Of a stretch of DNA of 64,000 nt, positions 37,974 to 48,616 are shown in pieces. The translations under genes were made by a program, and so were the position numbers. The stretch is from Anaeramoeba ignava BMAN (lineage: Eukaryota > Protista > Anaeramoebae). Every line of letters begins with the position of its first letter. The first letter of the stretch is position 1. The stretch spans positions 248,001 to 312,000 of the forward strand of contig JAPDFW010000087.1 of NCBI GenBank assembly GCA_028826165.1, in the 5' to 3' direction. Below the pieces are notes generated by a model that saw only the letters and a program-made list of their open reading frames with translations, had not been told where the DNA came from and searched no databases.

Positions 37974-40900
37974 ATGACAGAACAAAAGGATCTTATTTAC
38001 AAATCACCAAGAAATATTTATGAAAAATATATCAACATTTATTTTATAAAACATATTCATCAAGGTGAAAAATTTTATATTTTTGGAAAGGCTCAAAAAA
38101 GTTGGAATAAACACAAAAATAATAAGAAATTTGTTGAAAATTTTATTCGAAAAAATTCCTCAAAATTTCTAAATGAAAAACTAAATGAAAAACTAAATGA
38201 AAAATCAAATGAAAAATCAAATGAAAAATCAAATGAAAAATTAAATGAAAATTTAAATGAAAATTTAAATGAAAATTCAAATGAAAAATTAAATGAAAAT
38301 TCAAATGAAAAATCAAATGAAAATTTAAATGAAAAATCAAATGAAAATCTAAATGAAAATTTAAAATTTTCTCATTTACCCAAATTCAATTCAATCCAAA
38401 TTCAAAAAAAACAAATCCAATGCCAACAACAACAAAATCATCTTCCTCAATTTATTTCCGAGTTTCTTCCAGGATTTGATTTTGAGAATATGCTAAAATC
38501 ACGTAAAAAGGATTTTTATGTTCTTCAAAATGTTGCTAAACAATGGTGTACTTATATTCAATTAAAAAATGAATATTCAAACAATTTAATTCGAACAGCA
38601 AGACATCGTTCAATACTTGCCCAAAGTATTAAACAAGTCGAAGAAAAAGCAAGTGATCTGAAAGTAAAATTATATGGAAGTCGGCATTTATTTTCTTCAT
38701 CTCCAATTAAAGATGAATTTAGTCAAGAAAACGAACAAAATCAAATTAATGAACAAAATCAAATTGATCAAATTAATAAAGAAAATCAAATTAATCAAAT
38801 TAATGAACAAAGTCAAATTAATCAAATTAATCAAATTAATGAAGAAAATCAAATCAATGAAGAAAATCAAGAAAATAATTTAAATGAGGATCAAATTAAT
38901 GAAGAAAATCATTCAAATGAAAATATAAAATGTACATGTAAATTCTGCATTACAAAATTCCTTAATAATATCTTTACAGAATTTAATGATTTCGTATCAT
39001 TGATTCTGACTTCTAAAAAAAGACTCAGAAAAAGAATTTATAGACAAAGAGCACTAGCAAAAAAACATGCGAAAAGAAAAGAGTTACAAGAAAAAGAACA
39101 AAACTCAACCAAGAAAACAAAGACCCAAAAATCACCCAAAATGAAACTAGAAGAAAAACAAGAAAAAAATGAAGAGGAGCATTCTGTTCAATCCGAATCA
39201 TGCAGTTTAGGATGTTGTCACAACAAACCAGAAAATAGACAGACAAAAAATGCACAAATGCAAAACAGACAAAAACAAAAAGATGAATCTGTAAATGAAG
39301 AAAGCAACGAATCAACAAAATGTCGTTGTGGTTGTCGATGCGGTGATAATTTCCAACAACTTTCACATTTACAATCACTAATTCAAAATACGGCTCAAGC
39401 TCTCCAATCACAACAGATGTATTTTTTCCCACAATATCCAATAGCAAACCCTTCTTTTTATCAACCGTTTTTTAATTCTGTTCAAGATCCTGTTACTTTT
39501 CTTTGTTTCAATTTGTGTTATTGGGATGAAGTCGAATACCAATTAATCTCAAAAATGAATTCGGGAAAAGGAACGTTTCCTTTATCAATTGATTTACTAT
39601 CAAACCTAATCTGCGAAATAAAGGATGCTGACTTGATTCCACTTGATTATATTGCCCAGAGATATCAAATTTCTCAAGAGTTTTTAAGCAGCTTGGAATC
39701 ACAAATTGCTCTAAATTTCCCAGTTATTTTGGTTAAGAAAAATAACAAATCGTTGTTTGTCAATATCCATAAAATTATGCAAGGAAATGTTTTGATTGAT
39801 TTGATTAATTTTTGCAATATTTCTTTATCTTCAGAAATTTATCAAGATATCCAAAATCATCTTGAACAAAAATTCCACCAAAAAATCCAAAAACAAGCAT
39901 TTCAAAATGGAAATTATTTGCCAGCTCAAAATTCACATCAATGCAGTCATGCAATGGATTATGAACTAAGATATTTTCTTCAAACAGAAATAATCCAAAG
40001 ACCTTCTTTTCTTTCAAAATTGCCGCCAAATGTGGGGAATTTACTTCAAAATATCAATAATCATTCAAAAAACATGATTCAAAGTGAAAAAAAATCTGAT
40101 TCTTTGGAAGCATATTCTCCTCTCACTTCAATTACTGTGCAAAACTCATTACCCAATCAGTCTATTGCTGTGAAATTAAAGCATCCTGATTTTTTTTATT
40201 GTCATACTTTGGTTCAATATTTGTCTGAAATGAGTTCTCTTTATCCCGAAGAATGTGCAATGATTTCTTTTGGAAATTTGAATACAATTCATGTTGATGG
40301 ATTATCTCCTTTAGGATCAAATTTACGAATTATAGATTTCTTTGAGAATCAAACAAATCCATTTTTCCAAATGCCAACAAGAAACCCTATTTATGAACAA
40401 TCAATGAAATTTGGAAATGCAAATGAATGGATAGAAGGGAATTATTATAATGGAGTAAATAAGGAGAATTATGAGGAGAATTATGGAGAAGTTTCATTGA
40501 ATCAAAATCATTTAAATCAAAATCAATTAAATCAAAATCATTTAAATCAAAATCAATTAAATCAAAATCAATTAAATCAAAATCATTTAAATCAAAATCA
40601 TTTAAATCAAAATCATTTAAATCAAAATCATTTAAATCAAAATCATTTAAATCAAAATCATTTAAATCAAAATCAATTAAATCAACATTTAAATCAAAAT
40701 CAATTAAATCAAAATCAATTGAATCAAAATCAATTAAATCAAAATCAATTAAATCAAAATCAATTAAATCAAAATCATTTGAATCAAAAACAAAAATCCC
40801 CAAATTTTACTCTCACATCAACAGGATACATGCTTCTCAAAAAAACAAATCCTCAACAATTCTACTTTGATGCTTTGGGAAGAAAACATTTACAAACTCC

Positions 40901-41909
40901 AAAATCAATATCAAACACAGTAATTTCAAGAGCAACAAAAAATAAATCACCAACTGCAGAATCATTTGCAAACGATTTATTCGAAATTCTCCAAAATAAC
41001 AACAAACCAATTGTTTCGCTAATTGTGGATAGCGGAAATCCTGAAACAGATCCTGCTTCATTGCTCGCGACAATATATTACGGAAGAATTTGGAGAGATC
41101 TTAATCTTGATATGCTAAATGTTGCTTGTCACACCCCAGACTCAAATAAATACAACTACATCAATGATTTAAGGAAAAATTTCGAAAATCAAATCCATCA
41201 ATTAAAATATCAAACATTTTTTGCAAACCAAAAACTATCTGAATTTTTCCATCAACAAGACCCTTCTCAAAAAAACTTTGATTTGCAAGAAAAAAACATT
41301 TCAGACCAATTATTAAATAAAATTGATGAATTTTGGAAAAATCAAAAATTCAATAACGAAAAAATCAACACAAAAATCAACGAAACAATCAGTGAAAAAA
41401 TTAATCAAGGATTTTATCATGATTATAAATTGATTCAAAGATTCCTATCAGCACCGCTTAGTGTGATTCAAAACGATCCAACTCTTTTAAATCTTCATAA
41501 AGAAATTGCATTTTTATTAAAACATGTTGATCGCAAGTTCCATTTCCTTTCATTTACAAAATGTTTCAGAAATAAATGCGAATTTTGTCAACAAAATGAA
41601 TTCCGTTCAAAAAATATTTCTTCTCTCTTAGAAAAGAATGATTTCCGAGTTTTTTTACCTATAACTTCAGGAAATCATCCTGGTCATTATTGCACCTTTT
41701 TGGAAGCAGCAGAAAAAAAAACTCATCAAGTCACTGATTTTTGTCTTCCTTCACTTTCTCAAAAAGAATACGTTCAACATTTCTTTTGTAGAGCTTTACA
41801 AAGATGTAGATATTTTTCTTTAAATCAAGATGATTTGGAAAGACATGAAAAAGTTTTTCATAAGCCTAATCCTCATAATAAAGATGCTCCTTTCGTTTGT
41901 TGTATGTGA
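37974..41909 (+). CDS. 1311-aa protein derived from an inactive ISAzo13/IS630-like DDE transposase, with HMG-like N-terminus, Cys-rich inserts and C-terminal C2H2 finger; paralogue of 1253-4956
   Basis: Intact intronless ORF. HPDFFY...AMISFGNLNTIHVDG resembles ISAzo13 HPDRDAQF...PVISVDTKKKELVG. LIVDSG resembles LITADGG. VACHTPDSNKYNYIND resembles VCHFPPGTSKWNKIEH. The C-terminus is CRALQRCRYFSLNQDDLERHEKVFH. Confidence 0.75.
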   Translation: MTEQKDLIYKSPRNIYEKYINIYFIKHIHQGEKFYIFGKAQKSWNKHKNNKKFVENFIRKNSSKFLNEKLNEKLNEKSNEKSNEKSNEKLNENLNENLNENSNEKLNENSNEKSNENLNEKSNENLNENLKFSHLPKFNSIQIQKKQIQCQQQQNHLPQFISEFLPGFDFENMLKSRKKDFYVLQNVAKQWCTYIQLKNEYSNNLIRTARHRSILAQSIKQVEEKASDLKVKLYGSRHLFSSSPIKDEFSQENEQNQINEQNQIDQINKENQINQINEQSQINQINQINEENQINEENQENNLNEDQINEENHSNENIKCTCKFCITKFLNNIFTEFNDFVSLILTSKKRLRKRIYRQRALAKKHAKRKELQEKEQNSTKKTKTQKSPKMKLEEKQEKNEEEHSVQSESCSLGCCHNKPENRQTKNAQMQNRQKQKDESVNEESNESTKCRCGCRCGDNFQQLSHLQSLIQNTAQALQSQQMYFFPQYPIANPSFYQPFFNSVQDPVTFLCFNLCYWDEVEYQLISKMNSGKGTFPLSIDLLSNLICEIKDADLIPLDYIAQRYQISQEFLSSLESQIALNFPVILVKKNNKSLFVNIHKIMQGNVLIDLINFCNISLSSEIYQDIQNHLEQKFHQKIQKQAFQNGNYLPAQNSHQCSHAMDYELRYFLQTEIIQRPSFLSKLPPNVGNLLQNINNHSKNMIQSEKKSDSLEAYSPLTSITVQNSLPNQSIAVKLKHPDFFYCHTLVQYLSEMSSLYPEECAMISFGNLNTIHVDGLSPLGSNLRIIDFFENQTNPFFQMPTRNPIYEQSMKFGNANEWIEGNYYNGVNKENYEENYGEVSLNQNHLNQNQLNQNHLNQNQLNQNQLNQNHLNQNHLNQNHLNQNHLNQNHLNQNHLNQNQLNQHLNQNQLNQNQLNQNQLNQNQLNQNQLNQNHLNQKQKSPNFTLTSTGYMLLKKTNPQQFYFDALGRKHLQTPKSISNTVISRATKNKSPTAESFANDLFEILQNNNKPIVSLIVDSGNPETDPASLLATIYYGRIWRDLNLDMLNVACHTPDSNKYNYINDLRKNFENQIHQLKYQTFFANQKLSEFFHQQDPSQKNFDLQEKNISDQLLNKIDEFWKNQKFNNEKINTKINETISEKINQGFYHDYKLIQRFLSAPLSVIQNDPTLLNLHKEIAFLLKHVDRKFHFLSFTKCFRNKCEFCQQNEFRSKNISSLLEKNDFRVFLPITSGNHPGHYCTFLEAAEKKTHQVTDFCLPSLSQKEYVQHFFCRALQRCRYFSLNQDDLERHEKVFHKPNPHNKDAPFVCCM

Positions 41910-42079
41910 AAATGGGTTGCTTTATTCTTTATATCTTTTTTCCGTTTTTTTTTTTTCTTGCATTGTTTTTTTCCGTTTTTTTTTAGTTGTCTTTTTTTTT
42001 TCTTATTGAAAAATTTTTTCAAAAAAGAAAAAAAAGATCAAGACCAATAAGATAAAATCAAAAAAAAAAATATAATTAA

Positions 42080-42520
42080 TTTCTTTTTTTTTTGAATAAT
42101 CAATTCAATAGGAAAAATAAAATTAATTTATTATTTTATTAAATTTAAAATGAATAAAAAGGAAAATTAAATTATTAAATTTAAAATGAATAAAATTAAA
42201 ATTATATTTGTTCCACTTTTTTTTAAATAATAAAATTAATAGGAAAAATAAAATTAATTTATTAATTTATTAAATTTAAAATGAATAAAATTAAAATTAT
42301 TATTTGTTAATTAAAAAGAATAAAAAGGAAAATTATTTATTCCACTTTTTTTTGAATAATAAAATTAATAGGAAAAAAAAAATAAAATAAATTTATTAAA
42401 TTTAAAATGAAATAAAAAAGGAAAAAAATCGTTTGATCGATCAATTAATTTTAAAATAAATAAAAAAGGAAAAAAGGAAAAAAGGAAAGCAATTATCTAT
42501 TCCACTTTTTTTTGAATAAA
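42080..42520. repeat. Degenerate ~130-160-bp tandem repeat (3-4 copies) containing TTCCACTTTTTTT
   Basis: Recurring blocks ATAGGAAAAATAAAATTAATTTATT, TTAAATTTAAAATGAATAAAA and TTCCACTTTTTTTGAATAA (42211, 42340, 42500). Confidence 0.7.
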
Positions 42521-42769
42521 AAATAAATTAATTTTAATTTCAATTTATTAATTTTAAAAATAATTAAAAAAAGGAAAAAAAAAACAAAGAATTAAGAAAG
42601 ACACCTTTATTTTTTTTGTAATAAAAGAAGACATCTTTATTTTTTTTTTTGTTTTGTTTGTCTTTTTTTTTTTACTTTTTAAAAAAAATTTTTTTTTCAT
42701 TTTTTTTTTCATTTTTTTTATAAATTTTTGTTTATGATTTTGATATTTTAAAACAAAAATTTTCCTTCA

Positions 42770-45700
42770 ATGATTAATGGAAATGAAAAAGAAAATGAAA
42801 AAGAAAATGAAAAAGGAAAACAAAAAGGAAAAGGAAACGAACAAGAAAAAGGAAAAGAAACACAAAAGCAGACAGAAAATAAAAGTGGAAAAGAACAACA
42901 AAAACAAAAACAAATTGAAATTGAAATTGAAATTGAAATTCCAAAAGAAAAAAAGAAAAAGAAAAAGAAAAAGAAAAAGAAATTGAAAAAGAAAATGCAA
43001 AAGAAAATGAAATTGAAAATGAAAATGAAATTGAAAATGAAAAAGAAAATGAAAAAGAAAATGAAATTGAAAAAGAAATTGAAAAAGAAATGAAAAAGAA
43101 AATGAAAAAGAAAATGAAAAAGAAATTGAAAAAGAAAATGAAATCGAAATTGAAAAACAACCTGAAAAAAGACCAAGAACAAGCAGAATGCAAACTCGAA
43201 GAAAAACAAGAAGTTTGCAAATAAAAAAAAAGAAAACCGTTTTAAATTCAAAAATTCTATCAAATGAATTGTTCAAAAAAATAATTAAATTTTCAAAAGG
43301 AAAAGAAAAACTGAAATTAACAAAAATTAATGAAGGAGAAAAAATTTTTTCAATTAGAGATTTCTATCAAAAATGCAAAGATTATCAAAACATACTGATT
43401 GTGATACAAATAAATGAAAAGCAAATCATAGGGGGATACAGTCGAGTTGGATGGAAAGGATTAGGTGGAATTGAAATTGAAGATAATGGATCTTTTTTGT
43501 TTCTTTTTGAACTTGAAAAAAAACCAAAACCAGAAAATATATTTTATGCCCATCACATTTACGATTCAAAGCAGGCTGGTCCTTTTATAGCAACACAAGA
43601 CAATTCCGTTTATATGGATATTAATCCTTCTTTTGTGAAAACTTCTCCTCTTTTTGGCGGTTATCAATTTAGTCAAGTTGATCTATCTGTTTCTCATTTA
43701 ATCAATAAATACGAAGTTTTTTCTTTGGGTGATTATGCTGATCAACTTATTATTCCTAGATTCAATTCAAATACTTCTGATACTCAAAATATTGTTCTCA
43801 AAAATGATTCTTTTGGTTCGCTACTTTATATTTCAAATGGGATTGAATTAATTAATTTAGTTAAAATGCCTTTTGTTATTGGATATGATGAATCGGTAAA
43901 TTTAGTGCTTCATGATCAAGGAATAAATGAAAAAGTAGTAGAAATTTCAGTAGAATTTGATCAAAATAAAGTAAGAATTGAAATGAATAAATTCAAAATA
44001 ATTAAAGAATAAATTCAAAATAATTAAAGAATAAATTCAAAATAATTAAAAAATAAATTCAAAATAATTAAAAAATAATTAAAAAATAAATTCAAAATAA
44101 ATTCAAAATAATTAGAATAAAACCTTATATGCCAAATTTTTATCAAAAAGAAGAAATGTTTTTGGTATTGGCAAAATGAATGTAAATGAAAAAAAGCAGC
44201 TATACAAAGGATCAGAATTTCTTGTTGAAGGTCTTTTAATACATAGATTTATTTATTTACCAAAAGGTTATTTAAATGATACCATTAAAGAAAATTCAGG
44301 ATATTTCCAACAAAAAGAAAATTTAAATCAAGAAATACCTAATGAACTAGGAGATAAAAATATCTCAATGACTTTTGATAATACCTCAACGAATCTTCAA
44401 AATAGCCAATCGAATATGAAAACTTCAATGAATTTTATAAATAATCCTATGGTTATTACAAAAAAATCAATGGATATCCAAATCAATCAAACGAATAATC
44501 AAAATATTCAAACTATTCAAAATAACCAGAGCAAAACAATTTTTGATCCACAAATAACACAACAAATAATTAATTCAGTTCCTAAAAATTTACAAAATTT
44601 CTTTTATGTTCCTGAGGATATTCAACTCAACCAAAAAAGAACCGAAAATTCACACTTTAAAAATTTACTTGAAGTTGTATTAGAATCAATAAAAGCACAA
44701 ATTGAGCTCCATCAAAATACAGGAGATAATCGAGTCAAAGAAAGCGTTTCAAACTCCAAAATCTTAGCCTTAGTTGGTGAAGGCAGAACAGAAGCACTCC
44801 AAATAGAACTCGCTATGAATTGCGCGAAAATTTTGGATGCAAATTTTTTCCTTTTCGATCCATCAAAATTTGGATTGTATTCATTGCATAAACGAAGAAG
44901 TAAAAACATGACCCATATTGAAAGAGAGATCCAAATATTATCAACACTTCTTCCCGAAACAGATATGAGAAAAATACGTCAAGAACTTATGAAAGTTATA
45001 CCCCTTACACACGAAAACATTCACATTGGAAAAACTGTCAGATTATTAAAGGATATCCACAATCAGTCTCGCAACGAGATGATGATTTTCCCGCGTTCAG
45101 GAAGCGTTGGGAAAATTGTGGCTATTTTGGATGATAAGAAAGATCTTTTTGTTGTCAAACTCGATGACTATGCATCTAAAGGAAGTGATATTGGAGGATT
45201 GTGTCCTCAAAAAGATGGTTTTGTTGTCAGGCTCAATGAAATTGCAGAACCAGAAAACACAAATTCCGTGTTTAGTTATATATCATCAAAAATTGAGGAA
45301 ATGGCCGAGAATTCTATGTCAAGAAAATTGATGATTTTCGTCAGAAATGCTGAAAAATGCATTGATTTCCCACAGAAATATCTGGAAGAGTGGAAGGACT
45401 TTCTTCACAGTTTGGCTCAAAAAAATACCATTTTACTCGGAAGTATTTCATCAACCTCTCTTTTTGAGGAATTTTCTCATAATGATTTTTCTCAAAACAC
45501 AAAGAACACACAAAACCAAGACACAAACAATAAACTTTTGGGAAATCAAGCGAAAATTATTCAACAGCCATCAAATACAAGTGAAAAACTATCCAAAAAC
45601 TTATCAAAACAAATGGATCTTGATCCGCGCAATCCGGAGTATAAAAGCCAGAGCAAAATAATTGTTTCTTCAATGTCAGATCTTGAATCCATCGAGGCAA

Positions 45701-48110
45701 AATCGAAACGAATGTCACGGTATTCGCAAACGTTCCATAAGGCGTTTATGACAACACAAGATAGTTATCCCCTTTTGAAACAGGATATGTCCAAATCTCG
45801 CAACAGCAGCATAGTGATGGATCTACGAAACGCGCAGAAATCGCGAATCAGAAAAATTGAATGTTCAGAAATTGACAAAATTTTTCCGTTGAGAATTTTG
45901 CTTTCACATACAGATGATACTAACAATATCGAAAACTATACAGAGTTAATTGATGACTATTCCAAAAATAGGATCATCTCTCGAAACTTAATTTCCCTTG
46001 GGTTCTGTTTGTATGCCCATAATATTACATTCGAATTCACTTGGCCTGAGATTTGTGAGAAACGTGAAGATATTTCTGCAAAATATGAAAATGTTTTTAA
46101 GTATATTCTCAAGCATCCTGATATCAAGCAAGTTGTTCTTTTTTCGATTCTTTCCAAGATTGGATCAAAAAACAATATTAAAGAGCAAAATGGTGTTGTC
46201 CAAAAAATCGAAAACACTGACAAAAAAGAAATTATCACTCAAGATGATCTTCTTTCTGGATATGAAATGTTTGAGGCCATATTCAAAACAACTTCAACTA
46301 GCGCTCCAAATACTATTCCTCTTGAAAATGAATTCGAGAAAAAATTGCTTTCAGAAGTCATTCCTCCAGACAGAACTGGTGTTTCTTTTCAAAATATTGG
46401 TGCTCTTGAAAATGTTAAGCAACTTCTTTCTGAACTTGTTATTTATCCCTTAACAATGCCAAATCTTTTTAAACGTGGGAATCTTTTACGACCTTGCAAA
46501 GTAATTATTTATAAATATTTTTAAAAATTATTTACAAATATTTAATTTTGAAAATTATTTACAAATATTTAATTTTAAAAATTTATTTACAAATATTTAA
46601 TTTTAAAAATTATTTACAAATATTTAATTTTAAAAATTATTTATAAATATTTAATTTAAAAATTTATTTACAAATATTTAATTTTAAAAATTATTTATAA
46701 ATATTTAAATTTTAAAAATTTATTTATAAATATTTAATCTTAAAATTATATTTACAAATATTTAATTTTAAAAATTATTTACAAATATTTAATCTTAAAA
46801 ATTTATTTACAAATATTTAATTTTGAAAATTATTTATAAATATTTAATTTTAAAATTTATTTACAAATATTTAATTTTAAAAATTTATTTACAAATATTT
46901 GATTTTAAAATTTATTTACAAATATTTAATTTTGAAAATTTATTTACAAATATTTAATTTTAAAATTAGGGAATTCTTCTTTATGGTCCTCCTGGAACTG
47001 GAAAAGTAATTTAATTTTTTTATTATTTATTAAAATTTTCTATTATTTATAAATTTTTCTATTATTAAATAGACAATGTTAGCAAAAGCAGTAGCAACAG
47101 AAACAAAAGCAAATTTCCTCAATGTTTCAATGAGTTCAATTAGTTCTAAATGGTTTGGAGAAGGAGAAAAATATGCAAAATCTGTTTTTACATTAGCAAG
47201 AAAATTGTCTCCCTGTATCATCTTCATAGATGAAGTTGATGCTGTTTTAAGTAAAAGAGAAAAAAATGAACATGAAGCAACTCGAAGAATTAAAAATACT
47301 GTAAAAAATTAAAATTAAAAATTAAAATTAAAATTAAAATTTGAATTAAAACTAAATCGGATAAAAATTAAAAATTAAAAATTAAAATTTGAATTAAAAC
47401 TAAATCGGATAAAAATTAAAATTAAAAATAAAATTAAAATTTAAAATAAAAATTAAAACTAAATCGGATAAAAATTAAAATTTAAAATTTAAAATTAGTT
47501 CATGGAAATGTGGGATGGATTAACAACTAATGAATTTGAAAGAGTACTCGTTCTTGCAGCAACAAATCGACCATTTGATTTAGATCCAGCAGTATTACGA
47601 AGATTTTCTCGAAAAATATTTGTAGATTTCCCAGATGTAAAAAATCGGGAAAAAATTTTAAGAGTGATTCTTGCACCTGAAGATATTGAAGATTCATTTG
47701 ATTATCCAAGTTTGGCATCAAAAACAGAAAATTATACAGGTTCAGATTTAAAAAATCTTTGCATAACTGCTGCTTATCAACCTATTAGGGAACTTCTTTT
47801 CAATGAGAATCAAAATAGAACACAAGAATTTATTCAACAAAATGATAAACAAGAAATCGAATTAGTTTTTAGTGACCAAAAAATTACTCTCCCTAAAAGT
47901 TTAATTGTCAAATTCTTTAATCAACTCAAACAAAAGAATGATCCAAAAAATCAAATTAAATTAAGACAACTTTGTTTCAATGATTTTCTTTTAGCTATGA
48001 AGGAAGTTACACCAAGTTTATCTCCTGATTCAAATTCAATATTAGCTTTAAGAAAATGGAATAAAATGGCTGGTGATTCTGCGGAGAAACTTGTTAATTA
48101 CTACATTTGA
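42770..48110 (+). CDS. MSP1/ATAD1-related (plant-type long form) AAA+ ATPase with N-terminal TLDc and FHA-like domains; exons ~42770-43970, 44116-46500, 46970-47005, 47073-47300, 47499-48110
   Basis: TLDc: FYQKCKD..NILIVIQ....IIGGYSRVGW...D.GSFLF. FHA-like: FVIGYDESVNLVLHDQGIN. Degenerate first AAA with GSDIGGLC..DGF. Then NEFEKKLLSEVIPP..GVSF.NIGALENVKQ.L.ELV, Walker A GILLYGPPGTGK|T, pore loop SKWFGEGEK, Walker B IIFIDEVD and SRH LAATNRPFDLD.AVLRR. The 5' EK/NE repeat carries frameshifts, so the start is tentative. Confidence 0.9.
46505..46965. repeat. ~27-bp unit (TATTTACAAATATTTAATTTTAAAAAT) array in AAA intron 2
   Basis: Directly visible. Confidence 0.9.
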
Positions 48111-48405
48111 TTTTCTTAAATTCAAATTTTCTTTAGATTCGAATTTCCTTGATTCAAATTTTCTTTGATTCAAATTTTCTTAAATTCAAATTTTCTTTGA
48201 TTCAAATTTTCTTAAATTCAAATTTTCTTTGATCCAAATTTCCTTAATTCACAAGATTTCTTAAATTCAAATTTTCTTTGATTCAAATTTTCTTAAATTC
48301 AAATTTTCTTAAATTCAAATTTTCTTAAATTCAAATTTCTTTTGATTCAAATTTTCTTAAATTCAAATTTTCTTAAATTCAAATTTTCTTAAATTCAAAA
48401 TTTTC
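48110..48405. repeat. ~17-18-bp unit (TTCTTAAATTCAAATTT) array starting at the AAA stop codon
   Basis: Directly visible. Confidence 0.85.
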
Positions 48406-48616
48406 TTTCTTTTTCTTTCTTTTTCTTTCTTTTTCTTTCTTTTTCATTTCCTTTTTCTTTTTCATTTCCTTTTTCATTTCCTTTTTCATTTCAATTTCAA
48501 TTTCAATTTCAATTTCAATTTCAATAAATTTCGTTCTTTTCTTTCAATTTTTTTTCTAAAACAAAAAATCATTTTTCTCAATTCAAAAACAAAAAATTAA
48601 AAATTAAAACACAAAC

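Noticed and set aside
37400-42600. Active transposon (TIRs/TSD) around the transposase-like ORF
   Set aside because: No convincing inverted repeats. GGGGTGTA (37481) and TATACCCC (37676) are short, imperfect and both on the same side. The catalytic residues appear substituted.
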